A stretch of 64,000 nt of DNA from an uncultured Gemmatimonadales bacterium (GTDB lineage: Bacteria > Gemmatimonadota > Gemmatimonadetes > Gemmatimonadales > GWC2-71-9), in assembly GCA_963729985.1 (NCBI GenBank), contig CAVSPJ010000002.1, positions 773,017 through 837,016 of the forward strand, given 5' to 3'. Position 1 is the first letter of the stretch. Each line of letters begins with the position of its first letter. This document shows, in pieces, positions 47,929 to 57,442 of this stretch. A model generated the notes under the pieces. That model did not search any database. It worked only from the letters and a program-made list of their open reading frames with translations, and had not been told where the DNA came from. The position numbers and the translations under genes are program-made.

Positions 47929-49337
47929 GAGTAGGAGTCCAACGCGGCCGCGCGCCAGTCGGCGGTGTAAGCCACCGATGCGAGCAGCCGTGCGTCCGAT
48001 CCGGTCGCCCGCGCATAGCAGATGCGCTCGATGCGCTCGCCGAGCCGGGAGATCGCCCTGTCGCCCACGGCGTCGCATCCGAGCGATTCCCAGCGGCTCA
48101 CGCCCGCCATACTTTGCCCCCACTCGTCCCGCACGCTCTTCGACGCAAACGTCCGGAGTCCAGCCGCGAGTCGCGACGACGCCTTGCCCGCGGCGACGGC
48201 GCGGAGGAGCGAGGCCACTGGCTCCGGCGGGCCCTCCTCGCTGGGCTGAAGCAGGTGCGGCGGCAGCAGCGCCGGCTCGAGGATGCCCGCGATCCCGAAG
48301 GTGATCGCCTGGGGAAGCGCCGCGTCGAGGTTCGCCATCGCGATCACGGTGAGGCCGAACTCGGGATAGCGCTGAATGCTGGTGCGGAACCCCTGCCACG
48401 CCCCGGTGTGCCCGATGCGCAGCCAACTCCGCTGGTCGGCCACCTCCCATCCGAATCCGTACGGGTAGGTTCCGCCGTCGTTGAGCCGGACCGGGGTCCA
48501 GCTCGCCGCGAGCCCGGCGCTGTCGGGCACCCGGGCATGATTGAGCCCTCTGGCCCACTGCGCCAGGTCGAGCACGGTGAGGTAGAGCGAGCCGTCGGCC
48601 GTGGTGTTGAGGGTGGGCGAGACCCATTCCTGATTCTTCGGCCCTCCCTCCACCAGCTCATAGCCGGCCGCACGGTTCGGGACGATGTCGCGCTCGGAGA
48701 TGACGCGGGCCGTGCGCATGCCCAACGGCTCGAAGATCCGCTCGCGCAGGACGTCGCCGTAGAACGTGCCGCTCACCCGGCGCACGATGAACCCGAGCAG
48801 GGCGTACCCCGTGTTGCTGTAGCTCCAGGTGGCGCCGGGCCGGAAGTGGAGGGGCAGGCGGGCCGCCAGCGCGACGAGCTGCGCCTCGGTGTAGTCGCGC
48901 CGGTAGTCCACCGTGCTGTCGGTGTAGTCGGGAATGCCGGAGGTGTGCGTCAACAGGTGGCGGACGGTGATTCCTCGCCAGGCCGCCGGTCCCTCGGGCA
49001 GGTATCGCCGGATCGGCTGGTCCAGGCCGAGCTTGCCTTCGTGCGCGAGCGTGAGGACCGCGGCCGCGGTGAACTGTTTGCCGAGGGAGCCCGACTGGTA
49101 GATGGTGCTGTCGGCCGCGGGCACCCGGTGCTCGAGATTGGCGAAGCCATATCCGCGCGCCAGCAGCACACTGTCTCCCCGCAGCACTGCCACCGACATC
49201 CCTGGGATCCGCTGCCGGGCGAGCTCGGCGCGCACGTAGCAATCCACCGAGTCGAGCACGGTCTGCGCGCCGGCCGGCGCGGCGGCCAGGACCAGGCTCG
49301 CGAGAATCGAGAGCCGGCACGCCGGAATCCAACTCAT
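47922..49337 (-). CDS. Serine hydrolase (class C beta-lactamase-like)
   Basis: SLGK (SxxK), LLTHTSG, YSN, GHTG; signal peptide. Confidence 0.9.
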   Translation of the reverse strand: MSWIPACRLSILASLVLAAAPAGAQTVLDSVDCYVRAELARQRIPGMSVAVLRGDSVLLARGYGFANLEHRVPAADSTIYQSGSLGKQFTAAAVLTLAHEGKLGLDQPIRRYLPEGPAAWRGITVRHLLTHTSGIPDYTDSTVDYRRDYTEAQLVALAARLPLHFRPGATWSYSNTGYALLGFIVRRVSGTFYGDVLRERIFEPLGMRTARVISERDIVPNRAAGYELVEGGPKNQEWVSPTLNTTADGSLYLTVLDLAQWARGLNHARVPDSAGLAASWTPVRLNDGGTYPYGFGWEVADQRSWLRIGHTGAWQGFRTSIQRYPEFGLTVIAMANLDAALPQAITFGIAGILEPALLPPHLLQPSEEGPPEPVASLLRAVAAGKASSRLAAGLRTFASKSVRDEWGQSMAGVSRWESLGCDAVGDRAISRLGERIERICYARATGSDARLLASVAYTADWRAAALDSYSY

Positions 49338-49371
49338 CGATCCGCGTGACCTCCGGACGCCACCGCGCCCG

Positions 49372-50259
49372 CTAGACTTTGAGGTGTCCTTCCACCACCA
49401 GCACCGCCTTGCCCGCTACCCGCACCCCGCCCCCGCTCACCCGCACCTCGATCCGGCTGGGCCTTCCCATCGCGCGGCCCTGCTCGACGATCACCGGCCG
49501 TTGCTCCGACGCGAGGTTGTGGCTGACGAGGTAGGCGGCCAGCGGTCCCGCGGCGCTGCCCGTCGCCGACTCTTCTGCGATGCCGACGTTCGGCCCGAAG
49601 AAACGCGCCTGAACCGGCGCGTCAGGGTCGAGCGGATCGAGGCAGAACGGATAGCAGCCCTGGGCTCCGATCGACCGGAGATAGGCCGCGAGCTGCTCGG
49701 AGTTAGGCCGGGCCCGGCCAAGAGCGTCCAGATCGCGCACCGGTACCAGCAAGTGGGGCACACCGGTCGAGACCACCTGGGCCGGGAGCCGGCCGACGGA
49801 CAGCTCCGCATCGCCCAGGTCGAGCGCGGACGCGAGCGGCGAAACCTCGCCCACGACTGCACCGAAGACCGGATCCGCGTGGGCCATGCTCACCGAGGTC
49901 ACCCGTCCCTGCTCGGAGCGCACCTCGACCGGCAGCGCCCGGCCGTCGATTTCCTGGGTGAAGGTCCGGGTCGGAGCGTCCAGGGTCAGACGTCCCGAGG
50001 CGGCGAGCCACCACCAGGCCCCCAGCGCGTTGTGGCCGACGCCGAACACCTCGATGCCGGCGGCGGTGAACGATCTGAGTCGCCAGTCGGCTTCCCGAAG
50101 CGTCGGGGCGAGGATGAAGGTCGACTCGGACAGGTTGAATTCGCTGGCGACGCGCTGCATCACCTCGATGGACAAATGGTCCGCGTCTGCCACCACGGCC
50201 AGCGGATTGCCGGAAAACGGCTCGCTGGTGAAGACATCCAGGAGATAGAACGGGGTCAT
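49372..50259 (-). CDS. PhzF family isomerase/epimerase
   Basis: DVFT..PFSGNPLAV, FNLSES.F, EESATGSA. Confidence 0.9.
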   Translation of the reverse strand: MTPFYLLDVFTSEPFSGNPLAVVADADHLSIEVMQRVASEFNLSESTFILAPTLREADWRLRSFTAAGIEVFGVGHNALGAWWWLAASGRLTLDAPTRTFTQEIDGRALPVEVRSEQGRVTSVSMAHADPVFGAVVGEVSPLASALDLGDAELSVGRLPAQVVSTGVPHLLVPVRDLDALGRARPNSEQLAAYLRSIGAQGCYPFCLDPLDPDAPVQARFFGPNVGIAEESATGSAAGPLAAYLVSHNLASEQRPVIVEQGRAMGRPSRIEVRVSGGGVRVAGKAVLVVEGHLKV

Positions 50260-50401
50260 GACTACTCCGGAAGAACTCGCTCGAGCACATCTCCCTCCAC
50301 GCCACGGCCGTTGATCGCCACCTGCACACGTTCCTCGCCACGATCTCGCCCTGGTTGACAGGATACCTCGATCGGGGAGGCAAGCCAACGGACGAGCGGC
50401 G

Positions 50402-50878
50402 TCAGGCGGGGCGGGCCAGGGCGGCCCGGAGGCGCTCGATCAGCTCGGCCTGCGCGGGATTGAGCTTGCTGCGCGCGGCGCCGGGCTCGAACCAGGCGCA
50501 GCGATCCACCTCGGGGTAGGTGAGGGTGCGGCCGGAGCCTCGCGGCCACTCGCAGCTGGTGGTGTTGCTGACGATCACGGACGGGTCGGCATCGCCTTCC
50601 CAGGCCCAGGCGTGAATCACCTTGCCGGCTTTCTGCCGCACGCTGCCGAGCGGAAGAAACGGCTCCCGCGGGGTGATCCCGGTCTCCTCCAGGAATTCGC
50701 GGCGGGCGGCGTCGATCAGCTCCTCACCGGGAGCGACCAGTCCCTTGGGGATGGTCCACGCGCCGAGGTCGCGGCCGCGCCAGAAAGGGCCCCCGGGATG
50801 GGCGAGGAACACCTCCAGGCCGCCGTGGGGCCGCCGGAACAGCAGCAGCCCGGCACTCACGTTGCGACCGGCCGCCAC
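50402..50878 (-). CDS. NUDIX hydrolase
   Basis: HPGGPFW, Nudix box KG...GE....AARREF.EETG, YPEVDR. Confidence 0.9.
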   Translation of the reverse strand: MAAGRNVSAGLLLFRRPHGGLEVFLAHPGGPFWRGRDLGAWTIPKGLVAPGEELIDAARREFLEETGITPREPFLPLGSVRQKAGKVIHAWAWEGDADPSVIVSNTTSCEWPRGSGRTLTYPEVDRCAWFEPGAARSKLNPAQAELIERLRAALARPA

Positions 50879-53404
50879 TCAGGGGACCTGGGCCTCGAGC
50901 GCCGCGGCCTCCCCGTTCCGGCCCAGGCCCCGGAGCATCTCCGCATAGCCCTGGGTGATCGTGGAGCTGGCGGCCTCGTCTCTCCCGGACGCCTTCCATT
51001 GCGCCATCGCCTGGCGGTACAGCCGTTCCGCCTCCACATACTGCCGCCGGTCGCGCGCCAGGTCGGCCTGGGCGCCGAGTGTGAGGGCGATGTAGTAGCT
51101 GTTGGGCTCCAGTGACTTCCGGCGCAGCTCGAGGGCGAGCTGGAGGTGCTTCTCGGCGTCATCGTAGCGCCCCGCCTGCCGCGCCGCGATGCCGAGCTCG
51201 TTGTGGGTGGTAGCGATGAACGGATGCTCCGGCGCCAGCGTCTTCTGCCGGATGGCGAGGGCGCGCTCCAGCAGCGGCAGCGCTTCCCGAGACCGGTGCT
51301 GGGTACTCAGAGCGTTCGATTGACTGGTCAAGGCCGCGGCGACGAAGGGATGATCGGGACCGTATCGTTTCTCCCAGATCGCCTGGGCCCGGCGATACAG
51401 ATCGATACCGGCCTCCAGGTTCCCTTTGCCGGTCTCGACGTTCCCGATGTTGTAGAGATCCGTAGCCACCTGGGTGTGATCGCTCCCGTACAACTGGGTG
51501 TCCACGCCCAGGCCGCGGCGGTAGAGCGACTCGGCCTCGGCCAGCCGTCCCTGCTCGAAGATCGAGCTCCCGAGGTTGCTCAACGCCCGGGCGGTCGCGG
51601 AGTGTATCGGCCCGACGGTCCGCTCCCGGATGTCCAGCACCCGGCGGAAGAGCGACTCGGCGGCGGCCGGCTGGCCCTGTTCCGCCTGGGAAATCGCCAG
51701 GCCCACGATGGCTTCGGCCACATCGGGATGGTTCGGCCCACGGGTGGCCTCGAGAAGGCCGAGGATTTTCCGGGACGAGGAGTCGGCTTGCGCGTAGCGG
51801 CCCTGCTCCCGCTGCACTGTGGCGAGCGCCTCCAGGTTCTCACGGACGCCCGGGTGCTGCGGGTCGACCGTACGCTCCAGCACCTGCGCCGCTCTCGTCA
51901 GCGTGCTCTCCGCCTCGTTGTACTTGCCCTGCCGGAGAAACAGCCGGCCGAGCGCGGTGAGGTTCTCGCCCACTTCGGGAGCCTCGCGGCCCAGGAGCCG
52001 CTCCCGGGTGGCCAGCGAGCGCTCCAGCAGCCGGCCCGCCTCGGGGTAGACCCCCAGCTCGCGATAGACGCTGCCGATGGTGTTCATCAGACGCGCCTGC
52101 ACCAGTGGCTCGCTCACCAGGTCGGTCTCGACCTTCGCCGCGCCCGAGTCCAGGATCTCCCGCGCCGTGATGGTGTGCCCCAGCGACTGATCCGGGCTCG
52201 AGACCTTGAAGAGCCCGACCAGAAAGTCCGACACCTGTCTCGCGGTGGCCGCCTCGGCCTTGGCGTGCGCCTCCGCGCGGGTGGCCCGCACCAGCCCGAC
52301 CGTCGCGGCCGCGGCACCCGCGATCAGCGCGGCGGTCACCGCCGCGAGCGCCGCCACGCCGGCCTTGTTCCGGCGAACGAACTTGCGGACCCGGTAGGCA
52401 GTGCTGGGGGGCCGGGCCTCGACCGGCTCGTCGGCCAGGTAGTGCGCCAGATCGTTGGCGAGCCCGTTGGCGGTGTCGTAGCGCCGGGAGCGATCCTTCT
52501 CCATAGCCTTCATCGTGATCCAGTCGAGATCGCCCCGGAGCTGACGCCGCAGCCCCTCGCCATCGGTCTGCCGCAGCCGCGCCAGCGTTTCCCGCTCGTT
52601 CGCCAGCGTGGCGAGCCTGGCGCTCGGCGTAGGCGGGTCGGTCTCGCGCATGGCGAGACGGGCCATGAACCCGGGGAGTCCGAGCTCCTGCGGGTCCACC
52701 GGCACCCGTCCGACCAGGATCTCGTACAGCACGACGCCCAGGCTGAACACGTCGGTGCGGGTATCCACATCGAGTCCCGACATCTCGGCCTGCTCCGGGC
52801 TCATATAGGCCGGGGTGCCCATCGCCTGGCCGAACTGGGTCACCAGGGTCTTGTCGGTGAGCCGCTGGCCGGTGGCCTTGGCGATGCCGAAGTCGATGAC
52901 CTTGGGGATCGGCCGGCCGTCCGCCTCGGTGACCAGGATGTTCGACGGCTTGAGGTCCCGGTGGATCACGCCTTTCTGGTGGGCGTGCTGGATGGCGCGG
53001 CAGACCGGAATGAAGAGGGCGACGCGGTCGCGGGTGGCGAGCTTGTGGGTGTCGCAGTAGTCGTTGATCGGGATCCCGCGGACCAGCTCCATGACGAAGT
53101 AGGGGCTGCCCGCGTCGCTCGCCCCGGCGTCGAGCACCTTCGCGATGGACTCGTGCATCATCACGGCCAGCGCCTGGCGCTCGGCCTCGAAGCGGGCCAC
53201 GATATCGGCGAACTCGAGGCCGGGGCGGAGGACCTTCAGCGCCACCCGGCGGTGGACCGGCGTGGTCTGCTCGGCCTCGTAGACCACGCCCATGCCGCCC
53301 TCGCCGAGGACCTGGAGGATCCGGTAGGGGCCGATGTGGTCGGGGTGCCGGGCGCTCCTCTGGGGCCCGGTCTGCGCGGGTGGGTCGGGCTGATTCGACG
53401 TCAT
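50879..53404 (-). CDS. Eukaryote-like Ser/Thr protein kinase with a TM segment and C-terminal TPR repeats
   Basis: GEGGMGVVY, HRDLKPSN, DFGIAK, YMSPEQ; repeated G..HP TPR units. Confidence 0.93.
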   Translation of the reverse strand: MTSNQPDPPAQTGPQRSARHPDHIGPYRILQVLGEGGMGVVYEAEQTTPVHRRVALKVLRPGLEFADIVARFEAERQALAVMMHESIAKVLDAGASDAGSPYFVMELVRGIPINDYCDTHKLATRDRVALFIPVCRAIQHAHQKGVIHRDLKPSNILVTEADGRPIPKVIDFGIAKATGQRLTDKTLVTQFGQAMGTPAYMSPEQAEMSGLDVDTRTDVFSLGVVLYEILVGRVPVDPQELGLPGFMARLAMRETDPPTPSARLATLANERETLARLRQTDGEGLRRQLRGDLDWITMKAMEKDRSRRYDTANGLANDLAHYLADEPVEARPPSTAYRVRKFVRRNKAGVAALAAVTAALIAGAAAATVGLVRATRAEAHAKAEAATARQVSDFLVGLFKVSSPDQSLGHTITAREILDSGAAKVETDLVSEPLVQARLMNTIGSVYRELGVYPEAGRLLERSLATRERLLGREAPEVGENLTALGRLFLRQGKYNEAESTLTRAAQVLERTVDPQHPGVRENLEALATVQREQGRYAQADSSSRKILGLLEATRGPNHPDVAEAIVGLAISQAEQGQPAAAESLFRRVLDIRERTVGPIHSATARALSNLGSSIFEQGRLAEAESLYRRGLGVDTQLYGSDHTQVATDLYNIGNVETGKGNLEAGIDLYRRAQAIWEKRYGPDHPFVAAALTSQSNALSTQHRSREALPLLERALAIRQKTLAPEHPFIATTHNELGIAARQAGRYDDAEKHLQLALELRRKSLEPNSYYIALTLGAQADLARDRRQYVEAERLYRQAMAQWKASGRDEAASSTITQGYAEMLRGLGRNGEAAALEAQVP

Positions 53405-53519
53405 GAGGCCAGGGCCAATGGTCTACCGGCTCGCGGCGTGGGGTCAGCGTAGTATGTGGGCGAGCAGGTCCGGCGGGTAGGTTGGTCGGTCGGAGAAGGA
53501 AGGAGACCGGCAGTTACGG

Positions 53520-53735
53520 CCTCACGCCCCGCGCCCAGTCCGCCGGATCGAGCCGTGCCGTCAAACCCCATCCCCCGATCCATCGGACACCAGCACGAGC
53601 ACGTCCCCCCGGACCAGCGGGAGCCACACGGTCGACTACCACAGCCCGATCAGGCCCTCCTGCCGCGGCCGGTCGAAGCTGTACTGCGCGTCGCCGGCGA
53701 AGAGCGGCGCAGGTGCGGCGGGGCGGGGCGAGTGT
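53520..53735 (-). pseudogene. Degenerate 3' gene relic
   Basis: Minus-strand reading PLFAGDAQYSFDRPRQEGLIGLW*STVWLPLVRGDVLVLVSDG/[frameshift]GGWGLTARLDP; internal TAG and a frameshift; no 5' part. Confidence 0.5.
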
Positions 53736-53739
53736 GGGA

Positions 53740-54516
53740 CTATTTCCTCAACTCCGGAGGGGGGAGAAACCAGGACGACTCGGGCGGTTTACTGTCACCG
53801 CTGAGGGAGATCATCTCATACCGAGTCGCGCCGTTGTCATACACGCCCCACGCGGGGACTCGGAGGTTCCCGAATCGCTTTAGGGGTCCGAGCGTATACC
53901 GGTATTCCGTAGTCGCCTTGACGATGGGCTCCTTCCTGGCGTTCAAGATGATCCAGCCGCCCAGAGCACCGTTCGCTCCCCGGAAGTCGAGGCGACGGGT
54001 CCCGGGAATGTCACCGTCCGCGAATCGAACTTCATAGTACGGGTCGCCGGCTGCGACGGCCCTCACCAGTCGGTAGAAATTGAAAGGGGCTCTTTCCAGG
54101 TCTCGGGTGAGTGCCTCCTGGTCGGCGAATGCCAATTCCCCGTTGTTGACGTCCCAACGCCTGCCCTCGGGACTGTAGGCCCGTATCGCGTGGTTGATTT
54201 CGCTCTTTCTGCCGGCCCAGGACCGTGGACCGGTGAGATCCAGGACTTCATTCTCCACATAGGAGTCCACCCGGTGCCAGGGATACCACTCATGAACAAA
54301 ATGGAGACTCTTCAACTGGGCCCAAATCGCCATTCCACCCATGGTCTCCACCATGGCTTCGGCATCGGCGATCGCGGCTGGGTCACCTCGAATGCCTCCC
54401 GTGCCACCCGGCTCGAGGCTGTTCTCCGACGTCACGACCGCCGGCCTGGCCGCCTGGCCCGGCAGCATCGGCGGCGAGAGAGTCACCATCACCAGCACTG
54501 CAACGAGTTTGTTCAT
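53740..54516 (-). CDS. Secreted hypothetical protein
   Basis: ATG 54516; signal peptide MNKLVAVLVMVTL; visibly more A/T-ending codons than the flanking genes. Confidence 0.7.
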   Translation of the reverse strand: MNKLVAVLVMVTLSPPMLPGQAARPAVVTSENSLEPGGTGGIRGDPAAIADAEAMVETMGGMAIWAQLKSLHFVHEWYPWHRVDSYVENEVLDLTGPRSWAGRKSEINHAIRAYSPEGRRWDVNNGELAFADQEALTRDLERAPFNFYRLVRAVAAGDPYYEVRFADGDIPGTRRLDFRGANGALGGWIILNARKEPIVKATTEYRYTLGPLKRFGNLRVPAWGVYDNGATRYEMISLSGDSKPPESSWFLPPPELRK

Positions 54517-54732
54517 CGTGGGGTCTCGGACATTCGCGGACCAGGCATCGAGTTGCCGCGCGAGGCGTTCGTACGCCTGACGCCGGCGGGGAACACGGCA
54601 CCACCCCCTTACGGGCCGCCCGGGAACCGGGATTCGCCGGGGTCGGGCATCGCGCGCGATGGCGCAACTCTCCGGCGTAGACCTCATCATTTGACATGGG
54701 TCCATGCGCCGGTGGATGTTCGTCGAATCGCC

Positions 54733-55527
54733 ATGACACGCGTTCGCTCGATAGCTGCGGCTCAGACGGTCCCGGTGAGGGGTGATGTCGACGGCAACGT
54801 GCGACAGCACCTTCGACTGATCCGCGTCGCAGCGGAAGAGGAGGCGGCGATTCTCGTCTTTCCCGAGCTGTCGCTGACGGGCTATGAGCTGGATCTGGCC
54901 GGCGACCTGGCGTTCTCGCGCAGCGATCCACGCCTGGTCCCCCTGGCCGAGGCGGGGTCCTTCCATTCGATGACCATTATCGTCGGGGCGCCGGTCAGGA
55001 TCGAATCAGGGCTCCACATCGGAGCCTTCATCATATCGCAGGACTGTACGACCGAGGTCTACACCAAGCACTACCTGGGGGCCTTTTCGGCCAGCGCGAG
55101 CTGCGATGGCACGGTGCCTCCGGCGGAGGCGACCGTCTTCCAGCCCGGCCGGCTGAATCCCCTGGTCCGGTTCGGCGGCGGCACCGGCGCGGTGGCCGTG
55201 TGCTCCGATACGAGCCGCCCCTCGCACGCCCGGGAGGCGGCGGACCGGGGCGCGCGAACCTACCTTGCCAGTATGTTCGTCATCCCGTCCGAGTTCGAGC
55301 GAGAGATCGCGACCCTGCGGGCGCACGCCGTGCGCCACGCCATGACCGTCGCGCTGGCGAATTATGGTGGGCCCTCCGGAGGGCTCGCCGCCGGGGGGCG
55401 GAGCGCGATCTGGTCCGAGAGCGGCGAGTTGTTGGCGCAACTGAACGCGATCGGTACCGGCGTCGTGGTCGCCAGCGAGAGTCGGGCCGGGTGGCGTGGC
55501 AGGGCGATCATGCTCGGGGGCCCCTGA
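54733..55527 (+). CDS. Carbon-nitrogen hydrolase (nitrilase superfamily)
   Basis: FPELSLTGY (Glu), YTKHYL (Lys), AVCSD (Cys). Confidence 0.88.
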   Translation: MTRVRSIAAAQTVPVRGDVDGNVRQHLRLIRVAAEEEAAILVFPELSLTGYELDLAGDLAFSRSDPRLVPLAEAGSFHSMTIIVGAPVRIESGLHIGAFIISQDCTTEVYTKHYLGAFSASASCDGTVPPAEATVFQPGRLNPLVRFGGGTGAVAVCSDTSRPSHAREAADRGARTYLASMFVIPSEFEREIATLRAHAVRHAMTVALANYGGPSGGLAAGGRSAIWSESGELLAQLNAIGTGVVVASESRAGWRGRAIMLGGP

Positions 55528-55626
55528 ACCTGTTCGGACTGCCGCGGTGGCCGGAATCTCGGCGGCATCCACCCTTACAGCCGCTAACCGCAGCAGCGGG
55601 GGCGGCTGCCCGGTCGATCCCGGTCG

Positions 55627-55975
55627 TCACGGAATACGCGTGATGGTGTATTTCGACTCGATGAAGAAGCCGGTGCCGGATTCCGTGCGATAGGTGCCGA
55701 CGACCGACTTGCGGTCGGCCGAGACCGTGCGCCAGCCCGACATCGTCAGGGAGATCCATGACCAGGCCACGCCGAGGTCGTGTACCGTCTCGCGGTTGAC
55801 GTCGTCGAGCGGGCTGTAGCGCTGCTCCGAGTGGGTCCGGCCATAGGCGAGCCAGTCTTCCGTCCGGCTGTCGTCGGCGATGTCCGCATCGCCTAGTGTC
55901 CCACTGTTGTGACTTGACAAGGGGAACCAGATGGCAACCAGGACGGCGATCGCGGCCGCAACCTTCAGGACTCCC
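55627..55975 (-). pseudogene. Chimeric relic: N-terminus of a PQQ alcohol dehydrogenase joined to an unrelated C-terminal fragment
   Basis: DWLAYGRTHSEQRYSPLDDVNRETVHDLGVAWS is a PQQ-ADH N-terminal signature; similarity ends at ~55760 and 43 unrelated aa follow. Confidence 0.7.
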
Positions 55976-56156
55976 CGAACTCGCGGCGCTCGAACGCCCG
56001 GAGCACGCCCTCCCGTCCCCGCCACTCGCCGCCGAGGGGCGGGCGGCCGGCGACCCAGTACACCACGTCCTCGGTCATGCAGCGCCCGACCTCGTCCATG
56101 CGGCCGGCGAAGAGGGCCGTCTCGTAGGCCCGGGCCAGCCGCATCCGGTCGCTCAC
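55965..56156 (-). pseudogene. Truncated NTF2/SnoaL-like protein (63 aa)
   Basis: GTGA overlap with the upstream gene; MTEDVVYWVAG.PPLGGEWRGREGV; about half the fold, then a stop. Confidence 0.65.
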
Positions 56157-57265
56157 CTGATCTCCTCCGCGGACGGTTCCAGCGGGTTGGCCTTCCGGCC
56201 CGCCCGGACCATCGGGCCGGCCGGCTCGGCCCGGGCGCCGTCCAGGGCGTGCCAGTGGTCGAGGGAGCGGTCGAGCAGCGCGCGGGCGGCCTCGCGCAGC
56301 GGCTCGCTCGTGCGCACCTGGCGAACGTTGTTCTGCATGTCCTCCGCATCCCAGCCTCGCGAGTGCGCGATGAAGGGGAACTGGGGAAACAGGAACCCCA
56401 GCTCCGACCAGAAGGTGAGCAGGCCGCCGGCCACCGCCTGCACGTTGTCCTGGCCGCCGGTGATGATGAATCCCGCCACCTTGTTGGAGATCAGCACCCG
56501 ATTGTGGGTGGTGATCTGGTTCTGCACGCAGTTGAGGCGCTCGGCCATCTTGAAATAGAGCCCGCTCGCCGCCCCCCAGCGGATGGACGTCGCGACCAGG
56601 ACCACGTCGGCCCAGTGCACCAGCCCTTCGTAGACCTCGGTCAGCTGATCGGCCGGATCCCGCTCGGTGATCGCACAGGGCCAGGTGCACGCGCGGCTTG
56701 CTTTCGAGTAGTTCCCTTCGCAGGGTCGGAAGTCCAGGTCCCGCAGCCGCACCAGCCTGGTGTCGGCGCCGCGGGCGCTCGCGGCGTGCTCCATGGCCTG
56801 GTCCAGGAGCGCCTCGCTGGTGCTGTATCGGGGGTTCCCGGCATCCATCATCGTGGTGGACAGGCCGAGAACGCGGGGTGGTGCGCCGGCGGGCTTGGCG
56901 TGGTCCTCGAGCAGATGCGACGGCTTGTGCTTGAGCAGCTTCCGAGGCAGGACGGGTGGCGTCTTGACCCACACCCCGTCGGGTCGCTCCTCGACGGCGA
57001 ACACCGGCACCTGCTCCTCGTCGAACCCCTGAGGGCCGCGGCCCGTGACCACGCTGTATTCCCAGCCGTGCCATGGGCACATGACATACTCGCCGGTGAG
57101 CCGCCCCTCGCTCAGCGGGCCGCCGCGGTGATTGCACCCGTCGCCTACGGCGCGAAAGGCGCCCTGGTAGTGAAAGACCGCGATGCGGTTGCGATCGAGC
57201 TTCACCGCGAAGGGCGCGCGCGCCAGCAACTCGTCCCGATCGCCCAGGCGATGCCAGGTGTCCAT
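56153..57265 (-). CDS. Rieske [2Fe-2S] ferredoxin fused to a flavodoxin-like (NADPH-FMN reductase / iron-sulfur flavoprotein) domain
   Basis: ATG 57265 after GGAGG; CNHRGGPL and CPWHGW; then STSEALL, PCEGNYSKASRACTWPC, ATSIRWG, ITGGQDN. Confidence 0.85.
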   Translation of the reverse strand: MDTWHRLGDRDELLARAPFAVKLDRNRIAVFHYQGAFRAVGDGCNHRGGPLSEGRLTGEYVMCPWHGWEYSVVTGRGPQGFDEEQVPVFAVEERPDGVWVKTPPVLPRKLLKHKPSHLLEDHAKPAGAPPRVLGLSTTMMDAGNPRYSTSEALLDQAMEHAASARGADTRLVRLRDLDFRPCEGNYSKASRACTWPCAITERDPADQLTEVYEGLVHWADVVLVATSIRWGAASGLYFKMAERLNCVQNQITTHNRVLISNKVAGFIITGGQDNVQAVAGGLLTFWSELGFLFPQFPFIAHSRGWDAEDMQNNVRQVRTSEPLREAARALLDRSLDHWHALDGARAEPAGPMVRAGRKANPLEPSAEEIR

Positions 57266-57442
57266 GGTGACGCCTCCTCTAGGGGTGGAGGTACTTGCCT
57301 TTGTCAACTCTCTCGCCCGCAGCCTGACCGACTACTATTGAAGAAAGTACCGTGATCCCGAGCGCACAGTGGGAGCCGAAGCGCCCCGCAGGCCGGGATG
57401 GCCGTCAGGCATCGTACGCGACGCATTTCTCAGGAGGGCATC

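Noticed and set aside
47922-49337. Calling the serine hydrolase, the MBL protein (21836-22954) or the TetA-like MFS antibiotic-resistance genes
   Set aside because: Only superfamily-level motifs are present, and most members of these families have other functions
49372-50259. Phenazine biosynthesis cluster
   Set aside because: A lone PhzF-family gene with no phzA/B/D/E/G
55528-55626. Possible integron attC site (GCTAAC) after the C-N hydrolase
   Set aside because: No matching GTTRRRY core, no repeated sites, no integrase, and gene orientations are mixed
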